A stretch of DNA of 64,000 nt from a virus, in IMG/VR virus record IMGVR_UViG_3300023084_000004, one strand, 5' to 3'. Shown here piece after piece: positions 45,215-56,500 of the stretch. The translations under genes and the position numbers were made by a program. The notes beneath the pieces were generated by a model that made no database searches, was not told where the DNA came from, and was given only the letters and a program-made list of their open reading frames with translations. The first letter of the stretch is position 1. Every line of letters begins with the position of its first letter.

Positions 45215-46261
45215 TTATCCTCTACTCACAAATTCAAAGAAAAGATCTTCTGGCATTCTCAATATAAAAGTTCCATTATCTTGATATCCAAAAACGATAA
45301 GAACTTGGCCGTTTACAAATTGCATACCAGTAGCAAATTCAATATTATATTCATATCCTGTTACTGGATCAATCTGAGTGCCCAAGAAATGAAAATCATT
45401 AGTCCACTTAATAAGATTCCAATCTTTGTCCCAGACGATTATACGATGATTATAGTGGCCATCTTTTCTATGAAATATATCTTTAGATAAATCAACTTCA
45501 TGTGTAAAGCACATATGTCGGCCATCACCAATAGGAAGTACTTGAGTTCCTCCTCTTAAATCTCTAAAGAAAATATCTGGGCGAAATTGAGATTCGTCTA
45601 AATGAACTGTGGTTGTTGTTCGTGTATTAATATCATATTTTACAACTTCTGTAGGATTACACCATTTTACAAAATGCCAAGGCATATCGACAATTGGCAT
45701 CCAATTCTTTTCACAATATGTTCCATCATCTCCTGGTGCAGGAATTGGATTTCGAGATACTTCTTGCCATACACCATCAATAAATTCTATTTCACACATT
45801 TCCATTCGACCTTTACCTTTGTCGTCATAACAATCACGACGAACACCACAAAGAAAAAGTCTATCTTCCCAAGCAAACAATCTACCATCTTCAAGACCAA
45901 TAAAGTTCCAGGTTGGTTCACCTGTATCTAAATTCATCTTAATTCGATTTGCTGATCCTGGAACGATATTTAAATGCGCATCTAATTCACACATAATATT
46001 ATGTGTTGTTAAAGATACGTCGTTTTCCGGATGGATATATTGAAGTGGTCCCCAAGTATGGGGAAACTTTTTACCTTCTGAATGATAAAGAGTATAATTA
46101 ACATGTCGAACATTAAGCAATAATTTTCCTTTATGGAAAAATATTGATGGATTCATGATCCCTGTTTCGCCAGTTAACTCTTTTGGCAATATGACAGGAT
46201 GAATACTCCCGCCTCTTTTCAACGCCCAATGGACTAGGCCATAATGCCGTAAATCGTGCAT
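45215..46261 (-). CDS. beta-propeller glycosidase/phosphorylase-like protein (GH130/GH43-like)
   Basis: NPSI, G.EDGRLF, EKNWMP, LRGGT, EFATG..., .G..D. Confidence 0.65.
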   Translation of the reverse strand: MHDLRHYGLVHWALKRGGSIHPVILPKELTGETGIMNPSIFFHKGKLLLNVRHVNYTLYHSEGKKFPHTWGPLQYIHPENDVSLTTHNIMCELDAHLNIVPGSANRIKMNLDTGEPTWNFIGLEDGRLFAWEDRLFLCGVRRDCYDDKGKGRMEMCEIEFIDGVWQEVSRNPIPAPGDDGTYCEKNWMPIVDMPWHFVKWCNPTEVVKYDINTRTTTTVHLDESQFRPDIFFRDLRGGTQVLPIGDGRHMCFTHEVDLSKDIFHRKDGHYNHRIIVWDKDWNLIKWTNDFHFLGTQIDPVTGYEYNIEFATGMQFVNGQVLIVFGYQDNGTFILRMPEDLFFEFVSRG

Positions 46262-46299
46262 AATATCTCCATGATATAAATCATACTATTCTACGTGTT

Positions 46300-46328
46300 A
46301 TTATAACACGTGTTTAACTAAATGTCAA
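46300..46328 (-). promoter_or_regulatory. sigma70 promoter with a palindrome over the -10
   Basis: Minus strand TTGACA-N17-TATAAT; ACGTGTTAT-T-ATAACACGT at 46293-46311. Confidence 0.85.
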
Positions 46329-46346
46329 TATTATTTATTGATTATT

Positions 46347-46679
46347 TTAAAGCCAAGGAACGCTTCGATCGGTTGCGATGTCTTGATTTAATTTTTTCTC
46401 TAAAGAACTGTCATAATCAGCAATAAGCTCTGCACCAAGTTTTGATTCAAGCCATTCTACAACTTTAGCTTCAGTAAGACTTTCAAACGCTATAAAGTCT
46501 GCTAATGATACAGATTCTGAAGATAGAAGGCATTGACCAGTAATAGATACTTTGTTTCCTGCACCATTATCTGCATGCCTTCTCCAATTAATAGTTAATA
46601 CTGCATCCGTTAAAGATTCACCACTGGAATTAACAGTGTTTTGTGTTTTAAGACTAAGAATTTCCCAAGTATAAGTCAT
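46347..46679 (-). CDS. small tail-fibre-associated protein
   Basis: TYTW.I..L, FI.FE.LTE..V..W; paralog of the next ORF. Confidence 0.55.
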   Translation of the reverse strand: MTYTWEILSLKTQNTVNSSGESLTDAVLTINWRRHADNGAGNKVSITGQCLLSSESVSLADFIAFESLTEAKVVEWLESKLGAELIADYDSSLEKKLNQDIATDRSVPWL

Positions 46680-46692
46680 TTCTTATTCCTTA

Positions 46693-47133
46693 TTATTCTG
46701 AGTCTATAATGTCAGTATTACCGCCTGATGTTGCTTCAGCTTCCACTTCAGTTTCAAGATTATCATTAGGAACTGGTGTTACTTCTTCAGGGGCCCAAGG
46801 CATTTGTGCATCTTCGATAGTAACTTTACCAATCTCATGTCTAATGCGCTCTTCGATATGATCCATATAGCCGCCGTCACCTTCAACAACGTTTCTGATC
46901 CAACCAAGAACAGTTTCTTCTGTTAAATCCTCGAAAGCAACAAATGTACCTGCTGGAACATTTTCTGCTGAAAAAGGAGTTGCACCAGAGAACACAGAAG
47001 TATTACCGTTTTCATCGGTACCTTCGCATTCCCAGTATGTCTGAACGACCGCGCCATTTAATGTAGCGCCTTCACTGTTAACTTGGTCTTGCTTTCGAAG
47101 ACCTTTAACTTTCCAAGTATATGTAAGTGCCAT
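46693..47133 (-). CDS. small tail-fibre-associated protein
   Basis: TYTW.V..L, F..FEDLTEE.VL.W, ..PW. Confidence 0.55.
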   Translation of the reverse strand: MALTYTWKVKGLRKQDQVNSEGATLNGAVVQTYWECEGTDENGNTSVFSGATPFSAENVPAGTFVAFEDLTEETVLGWIRNVVEGDGGYMDHIEERIRHEIGKVTIEDAQMPWAPEEVTPVPNDNLETEVEAEATSGGNTDIIDSE

Positions 47134-47168
47134 TTTTTTATTTCTCCGTAATAATTTTAATTACTTGT

Positions 47169-47176
47169 TATTTATA
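47169..47176 (-). promoter_or_regulatory. T4-type late promoter
   Basis: TATAAATA upstream of ATG 47133. Confidence 0.75.
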
Positions 47177-47177
47177 A

Positions 47178-47585
47178 TTAATCGTTAACCGCATCAGACC
47201 AAGTAGGTAGAGTCATTAGGTGATCATAACCTTGTTCTATAATACTTTTTTCTGATGCTAGGTCAATTGTAAAATTCATATCCTCTACTTGCATAATATT
47301 AATTTCTCCTTGAAAGTCTCCTCCAGGAACATCAGTAGGATATTGTGCGTATGCTGCAATTGCTTGTTTACCAGCTTCTCGAGCTGCTCTACTAGCATAT
47401 ACTACAACCGATACTCTTCCGTAATAACCAGCTTTCCACGCATGATCTGGTGAATTGTCTGGTCTTACACCACCTGGATCTTGGTCATCAACAACACGTT
47501 TTTTCGTTTCAACATTATGAATAACGTGATATGCTTCAGGACATTCTAATCCAGAGTTTAGTTCATATGATTTAATGAGTGCCAT
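47178..47585 (-). CDS. small tail-fibre-associated protein
   Basis: AYH.I...., V.VY.S..AR..G, Y..L.TLP; directly downstream of the giant fibre. Confidence 0.5.
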   Translation of the reverse strand: MALIKSYELNSGLECPEAYHVIHNVETKKRVVDDQDPGGVRPDNSPDHAWKAGYYGRVSVVVYASRAAREAGKQAIAAYAQYPTDVPGGDFQGEINIMQVEDMNFTIDLASEKSIIEQGYDHLMTLPTWSDAVND

Positions 47586-47588
47586 AAT

Positions 47589-50500
47589 CTATTTGTCTCC
47601 TCGTAAAAATTTTACTTCTTCTCTCAATTCATCTAATTCTGATTTTAAGTCTTTAACTGCTTGTATTAAGAATGGTGTAATCTTGTCATAGTTAACTGTG
47701 AGGAAGTCTTTAAGCTCCTCACCATCAACCATAATTTTGTCTTTGCCGCCGTTACCAGCTTTATTTATAACTACAGAATTAGGTATTACATCTTGTGTTT
47801 CTTGAGCAATAACAGCGACTTCTTCCATTCCACCTTCAATAACACCAGCTGTTACTTGTTCGGCTTCTTTCTTCCAATTAAATCGACTTGGTTTCAGTTT
47901 CATGATCGTATCAAGACCTTCACCTCTTGGAAGTTCTTGAATATTTTCTTTCAATCTTCTATCTGACCAATAAGCAACAACGTTACCTGGTGTATATACT
48001 GAACCGTTTAGATATAATCTCCAACCAAACGATGTACTATAGAAACCATGCTCTGTATAGTTCATCATCAAGCAGATGTTGTTATCAAACTGCATACCAC
48101 CCCAACCGTTACGAGAACCTTGAACTCTCCAAGAACCGTAAGATGCGTTGTTAGGATAGAAGTGAGCGCCGTTAATACCAGAGTAAATACCGTGATAGCC
48201 AGTTAAGTTGTTCCAACGATACTGGTAAGAGTAGTTCGAACCACCGTTGAACTGCCATACCAAGCTTGCCATGTTATAATCAGTATAGAAACGCATACCT
48301 TCATATGATGGGTTAGCACCAAATTTCAAACCAGTATGGAATGCGATACGTAAGTCAGGATATGGATAGCTCCAACCACCGCCTTCACGATATACACGAT
48401 AAGCAGTTGATTGGTTGTTAGCGAACGCTACACCATATTCGTGGTTAGTTGAAACATCATAGTTATTACGTAGATAGAATGTTCCAAGACCCCAGAAACG
48501 AGACCAGGTATTCATATTAGCATAATAACTACTATCATGGTCATAGAATACAGAACCATAAACTCTATTATAGAAGTATGCGATAGCGTTTCCACCTTCA
48601 CGACCAATATATGCTACGTTCTGTGAATTACCAGAACCATTGTCGTGAATACGTACATAAGAGTTTCCGTTATTATTATTTGAGTCAAGTCTTAGGTTAA
48701 TGTCATTAAACGAGTTAAGTGACATTGAATCTGTAAACGAACCATTAATATCCGTCGAGGAAAGTCCATGATAGTAGTAATAATCATAGTTAGCATTCCA
48801 GTCGAATGATATGTAAGCCATCTTATGGAATTCAGATGACCATGTTCCATATCCTTGCAAGCGACCTTTATTAGTATCACTACCACCATAAGCCGTATTT
48901 GTTCTTGTTACATTAAATCTTGAATTACCATTTGGGTCAGCATAATATGCAGTGTTATTACGATCGTAGAAGATATATGCGCGAGCATCATTCATGTATG
49001 TAACACGGTATAGCTCCATGTGGCTATTTCCGTAGAATATACGAACCTGCCAGTTACCAGAACTATTAAGAAGACCGAAACCGTTTCCGTCCCAATATCC
49101 TGCATAACCTCTTAAATCTGATTCGTAGTTTCTATATGCTACTAGACCACCATAACTATAGCCTCCACCTGCATACTTGTAGTATCCATTATTGGAGTAG
49201 AAATGCATTCCGGTAGCTTGGTTATATAATCCATTACCAGAGTTTCTGTTGCGGAACCAACCATAAGTGTAATGTTCATTAGCATCAGTCGCATTTAATC
49301 TTGAGGTACCATTTGGATCGCAATAATAACCAGTATTATCAGAATCGTAGTAAATGGATGCGTAGAATGAACCAGAATATTCATTAACACCATGCATCGC
49401 GACTTTCTTCCAGCTACTAAAGCCGGACCAAGTATTACGGAACCACAATCCTGAGATAGGACCACCAGCCAGCTGCCAACCGTATCTTGCTGAACCATTA
49501 GTGTAGTGATAGGCTTGAACACCGACCCAGTGTGATGTACCTGAAGGCTGGTTAGGTGGATTACTCCATGAATCAAAGAAGCCTGAACCCCAGTCGGCAA
49601 CCGTGTTCATATTTACCCGGCTCCAACCGACTGAACCAGTCCAGTAGTTTGTATCTCCTGTTATACGAGGTCTAGCTGCATAGTATTCTTTACTTGATCT
49701 TGTTTGACCAGAAAGACCCATGAATGCCATTGTTAGGTTATTAACACCACGGAATCTTGTACTGTTATCTGAAGCACCATTGAAATAATAACCAGTGTCA
49801 TTGGTATCATAGAAGATAGGCGCTCTCATAGAACCTTGAGCTTGCAGATAACCATAATTATATTGGTGATAACTACCATTCCAATAATACATCCAAGTTC
49901 TAGAGTTATCATGAATACCGATATTATCTCCACCAGTACTCATTAATACCCAACGTGAACCTAATCCATAACCTCTCCAACCGTTTCTACCGCTACCGTA
50001 TGTAGCTACGTTACCGTATGAGTTTCCTTCAGATTCAGGAGCCCATAAACCATGTCCATAAGATTGGAAATAAAGACCGGTGTTACCTTGTGGTCTAAAC
50101 CAATCATTAGCATAAACTGTTCTTAATTGTGTAGAACCATTCGGGTCAACATAATAGCCAGTATTATTCCTATCATAGATAATCGGTGTATCAAGACGAC
50201 TAGCAATTAATACTTGACCGTTACCGCGAATAATTTGATTCCAAGAACCTCCGAATCCACCATCACGGAAGATGAAGTCCTCTCCACCTGATGTAGCAAA
50301 TTCAAAGTGAGAATCATTAGTTTCAGTTGCACGAATATATCCACGTAAGGAACCTGAACTTGTGTAGAAGTAAATAGGCGCGCCACCTTGCATTCTAAGA
50401 TCTGCATTTAGATACAATCTAGAGAATTGTGAATTGCCATTAGGATCTGCGTAATAGCCAGCATCGTTAGCATCATAGTAAATTGTTGCATACATTGCGC

Positions 50501-53500
50501 CGGAACCAATATTTTGGTTATACACGGCTGTGGTCTTCATAGTAATGCCTACGCCTTTACTATAACTTGGCAATGTTGAGTTTGAAATACTTGTAACTAA
50601 GTTTCTATCATCGCCATTTGCATTTCTTACGTGAACAGTGAAGGAGTTCCAATAAGATACTCTTGGCCACCAGAAACATAATACTCCACCATTTTCAAAT
50701 GCATATAGTGTTCCAAATCCTGCTTTACCAAAATGTTGACCAGAATAGTTGATAATAGTATTATTGTACAAATAACCTTGTGCAATAAAACTAAATGGTG
50801 GATCACCAGAATAAGATTTACCTGTTGCTTCAAGTACGAATGAAGCACCGTTAGTTGCTGTCGCAGGAATACTTGTTCTTACAATTGTACCATTTGCAAA
50901 ATCAGAACCTGAGTGTGCGAATGTTCTTGTGTACCAACCTCTTTGTCTTACATCATAGAGTTCTGATAGATTGCTTGGCTCAACATAGTATCCAGTAGAA
51001 TTTCTATCTCTAAATATGTCAGCTCTTACGTCGTTTTCAGCATATACGTGTCTATCATTTTGTAGCCACATAATAGCAACATTATCACCAGATGACCAAC
51101 CTCTACCAATACCGTAGTGTGGGTTATTTGATGGTGGATTTGCTCTATATCCAAAACTCAACATCGTTGCATTTGTACCAGGAATACCAATTACCCAATG
51201 TTTTAGGTTACCTGAAGATGCGTTAGCCGAATCATAGGCTGTAAATCTTAATGTAGGACCGTGATTACTGTTATTAATCTCAGATGACATAAGGTTCAAC
51301 TGAGGATATTGTCCTTTAATTGTTAAATCAGGTCTACGTGTTTCTTGAAGTACGCCATTATATAAATTAGACTCATCACCAATATGTAATCTGTATATAA
51401 GTCGTTGTTCATAGAATCTTGTTGTTCCAGCTGGATTAGCGTAGTAGTTTGTATCATTATAGTCGTAATAAATTGGTGAACGCATCTGATTAGGAGCATA
51501 ACCATAACCAGCACGAGTACCTAATTGCTCAACATTAGCAGCATAAAGTTGTACATAGTGATCGTTGGTGTTGCTACCTGAATTTGTAGAACGAATTAAG
51601 TTGTATGCACCATTAGAGCCACCGCGTATTTGAATACCACGATAAGTATTCCAAAGTATTCCATCAAATCCTGAGTTAGCTGCACCTCTAGCATTTGGTC
51701 CACCATAGTAGTCATTCCACAATACGTGGTTAGTATCAGTGCCGGCATTAAACCAAATACCATTGTGTGTATAATTACGCGCAAGTCTTAAACCGTAATT
51801 TCTTAATTCTAAATTATGTAGAATAGAATTTGAAGCCGGGTTTACATAATAGTTTGTATCATTTCTATCATAGAAAATAGATGCACGAACATCGTTTAAG
51901 ATTGAAATACCATTTGGATTTAAATAGTAATTAGCATCATTTAAATCATAATAAATTGGAGCACGCATATGTCTTGTTGCTCTGAATACTTCAGTTGCTA
52001 CTTCAGCATTATATTCTACTTGATCTCCCCAGAATACAAATGTTGCACCTGTACCATCTGGGTTAGCATCAGATACTCTAATTTCAGCATCAAAGCTTGA
52101 GTTAATAAAACCAATTCTATTACCAGCAAGAGTCAGTGTATTCATGTGTGACTGAGATGCTGGATTTACATAGTAATTAGTATCGTTACTATCGTAGAAG
52201 ATTGGAGCACGGAAACTTGTTGGTGAGTACACATAGTTAAAATATGTGATTAAGTTATCACGCGTGTCGTAAGCACCGTATGTTCTCTTGAATCTATGAC
52301 GAATAGATTCATTACCATCGTAATCGTCTTCAGATTGAAGGATGAGAGCGCCAGTGTTTGTTCCACTTGGTGATTCGCCGTAGATCTTCCAAGCATCGTC
52401 ATTACCCATTGTCTGACCAATATAATAGTCAGGTTGTGTTGCAACACTAGCGTATGCGGTACCGACTGGGTTTTGTGGTAATGTTAGTCTTGCAAAATTA
52501 GATGTTCCTGCAGGATCAGCATAAAAGTTCGTATCATCTGTATCTACAAATCTTCTTGCAAACATTTCGTCTGCAGTAATATCACCTGAGAATACTGTAT
52601 CACCATCTTCATCAACATAGAATCTATCGCCTTTACCATTAAAGTGAATAATAAATGCAGATTTACCATTGACATTATCGTGGACTAACCAAGGATAGTT
52701 AGCATCAGCACCACTGTTTCTGAAACCAATTAAGTATCTGTTATTATGATAGACTCCTAATGGATATGAAGTAGAACCTGTTAGAGCACCTTGGTTTCCT
52801 AATTCTAAAGTATTAAATCTTGAACGAGAAGCAAAGTCTCCAAAATATCCTGTATTATCTAAATCATAATAAATTGGTGAGCGTACATCTTGTCTCGAAT
52901 CAATTGAACCAAAGTGATGTCTTGTATTCGTAACAGTAGCACCAGTAACATTTCCAAGAGTTGCTCTTACTTGTTGACCAGTTAAGATTTCAATAGAGTT
53001 TGCTGGTGTTGTTAATTGTTTGCCTGAACCATCTTCTAATGTGATACCACTTACTGCAACCCAATGCCATCTTACATATGAATCCCAAGTGATGCTGTCC
53101 ATTTGCATCCAAATTCGGTTGTTATTATCAACACGAACTTTTGGTGTACCATTATTGAGTGGGCCAGTTGTATGATGGTCAATAGAAATTGAACTACTAT
53201 TCCATGAACTGATTACAATTCTACCAATAACATTACCACTATAGTTTACATCGTCTTTAGCGTAATATTCTAAGAAACCTTTTGCACCACCATTATTTGT
53301 AACACCAACTGGAATCCAGTAATATTGTGTATTAGGTGTTTGTGATGTGCTATAACTATATGTACTTTGTTGATACCAATAAGATTCAACTGGGTTATTT
53401 TGTAAATAACCACCTTGTTCGAACGTACCATTAACAATTAAGTTTTGAATATTTGAAGTATTGTTAGGATCTACATAGAATGCTGTATTATTTAAGTCAT

Positions 53501-56500
53501 AGAATATTGGAGTACGTAATTGGTTATTTGCTCTAAAGTATCCGTTGTCTGTTCTTGCTTGTTCACCACCATTATACATTAATCTCATGTATGAGTTGCG
53601 ATCTGCGTACCAGATCCATTCATTATCTACATCATTGTAAACACCTACACGATTTGCGCCATCATGCATGAATACAAAACGGTCATCAATACTGAATCCT
53701 GAGTATCCATTTCTTGCGCCACCGCTTACTGCAAATGAACCATAATCTCCTGTAGGCTCTCTTAATACAACAGCGTTACCATCAAGTTTGATAGTATCCA
53801 TTCTAGATTCTGAATTTGGATCTACAAAATAATTAGTATTATTTGAATCATAGAAAATTGGTGCGCGGAATGAGCCTGAAGCAACAACAAAGCTACCAGA
53901 CCTTGGACCTTTCATTGCCCATTGACCGGTTGCGCTACCATCATGGCCCCACATACCCCATTCGCCGTTATTGATTTGAGTTAAACCTGTCCAAGTATTA
54001 CCATCAGAACCAACAATACTTGTAGCACCACCACGATATCCAAGTGACATACCATAAGCAGACATTGAACCTGTTGAACTGTTATGTTCTGTGAAGAATA
54101 TTCTTGATGAACCTTCACCTGAAGTATCTGCATTACCTTCGATAGATAACCATCTACCTTTTTGAGCTTCTGCGTTTGATGCTGTTCCATTTCCAGGTAA
54201 ACCAAATGATAGATTTCCACCAAAGAAACCTGCATTACTTCCGGCATTACCTGTTGCGTTTGGATCTAAATAATATCTATTGTCGTCTTGATCATAGTAG
54301 ATAGAAGCATACATTCCACCGCCGCCACCAGTAATCTGAATTGGTCTGTTAAATTGGAATGTATTTGTTCCAGTTGATGTAGATAGAATCTCGAATCTTA
54401 AAGAATGATCTGTGGTATCAGTTTCGTCTTGCCAATATTGAATGTAACCTATACCATCTGTAATATACTGGCGAATACGTTCTGATGAGCTACGGCCAAC
54501 ATTTAATTCACCAGTGGTTGCACCACTGTAAACATTTAAGTATTTAAGTACAGAAGTTCCATCACCATCAATAAAGAAAGTATTATCATCAGAGTCATAA
54601 TAACGAGGTGCATAAACATTTCCTTGGAAATCAGCGGAATCATTGTCAATGTTTAATCTTTGAACTCCATTTGTCCAAACTCTGAATGTATCATTAGCTT
54701 CAAAACCAAAATAAGTGTTTGTATCTCCACGATGACGAATATAGTCATCAATGTCGATAGTATTCATTTGTGAATCACCAGCTGGGTCTACATAATAATT
54801 TGTATTATCAACGTCATAATAAGTTGAAGCGTAGAAATCGCCGTTAGATGAAAAATCTTTATTGTTTCGAATCTTAACTGTAGTGGTGTTGTCCATGTAG
54901 AAACCACCACCTGAACCAAATCCTAGTTCATCACCTTTTAAGAATGTAGCAGTTCCATTTCCAACAACAAAAGCATCGTCTAAACTAGCTAATTGAACAG
55001 ATCCACCAACATGTAATTTATTGTCTGTTGTTGCGCCTATAAGAGGTGTATTATCATTTGCTGTATATGTAGGACCAGTAGAGTTATTGACCATAACATT
55101 AGCGCTATCGTCAACAATTAATGCTTCAGTATAACCTGATGTCCAGAATCCCCAGTTAGTACTTGCTTTTAGAACTTGATAAAGATTACCAGAAGCATCA
55201 CCTCTAAATTGTCCGCCAGCAGTTCCGTCTGCATTAAACTGAAGATACACATTAGATGCATTTGTTGGATTATTTCCAATATCAATTCTATTTAAATTGA
55301 GTAATGCAGCTCCACCATTAGATCCACTAATTTGAATATTTGAATTTGTACCTGCAGCATTTGGCTGAATCGTGATACCACCATCACCTGTGTTATCATC
55401 TGTTCTATCTGCATCAGATACATTACCAATTAAAATTTTACCAGCAGCAGTTAATGATGTTGTCGTACTTGAACCATCAAAATAATAATCATTATTATCT
55501 GAATCATAATAGATTCCAGCATACATTGTAGGAGCTGTAATAGAAAGAGTACTTGTGATTGCAGAAGTATTAGCTGTAAATCTTATGGTTCCGCCGGTTG
55601 AAATTACAAATTCATCATTATTCGGAAATCCGATGTATGTATCAGTATCACCATTGTGAGCAATATAATCATCAAGACCAATATCATTCATTACCGAAGT
55701 GCCGGCAAAATTACCATAATAAGCTGTATTATTTGAATCGTAGAAAATAGGTGAACGCATCTGATCATTTGCTAATACATAAGTATTATTAACAAGTAAT
55801 CTTTGAGAACCACCAGTTACTACTCTAAAACTATCTGCTGCATTAAACTGTAAATAAGTATCTGCATCACCGTCGTGAATAATTTCACCAACTAATGAAA
55901 TATCATTTAATCTTGAGCTGCTAGCTGGATCGACATAATAAGTAGCATTACCACTGTCGTAATATCTACCTGCATATAAGTTCGGGAAGAAACCGTCGAC
56001 TGCACCAGTAATAAATGTTCCGTTAATTTCTAAACGCTGAGTACCATCAGTAAAGAATTGAATATTATCGTTTGCGTTAAATCCGAAATAAGTATTTGTA
56101 TCACCATTATGGAAGATGTAATCATCGATTCCTATGGTGTTCATTACTGAAGTACCAGCTGGATCTACTTCATATGTTGGGTCATCGGCATCTTGGAATT
56201 TTGAAACTTGTAATGTTCTATACGTTCTTAAAATTGTGTTATTAGCAAATAATGCTTCAGTACCACCAGTGTAGATAACAGCTTCATCGGCATTAGGGAA
56301 TCCGATATAGGTATTTAAATCTGAACGATGCCTAATAAAGTTATCAATATCAATACCAGACATCTGAGAAGTAGCATGGAAATCACCATAATAATCGCGA
56401 TTATTTCGATCATAATATCTCGGTGCTTCCATTTCACTAAGAGCAGTAACAGTATTTGCAGTAATATCAGTAGCAACTATATTACCAATATATACGCCAC

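Noticed and set aside
48757-48767. GAGGAAAGTCC, an RNase P RNA signature
   Set aside because: Isolated 11-mer antisense to the fibre coding region, with no other RNase P elements nearby
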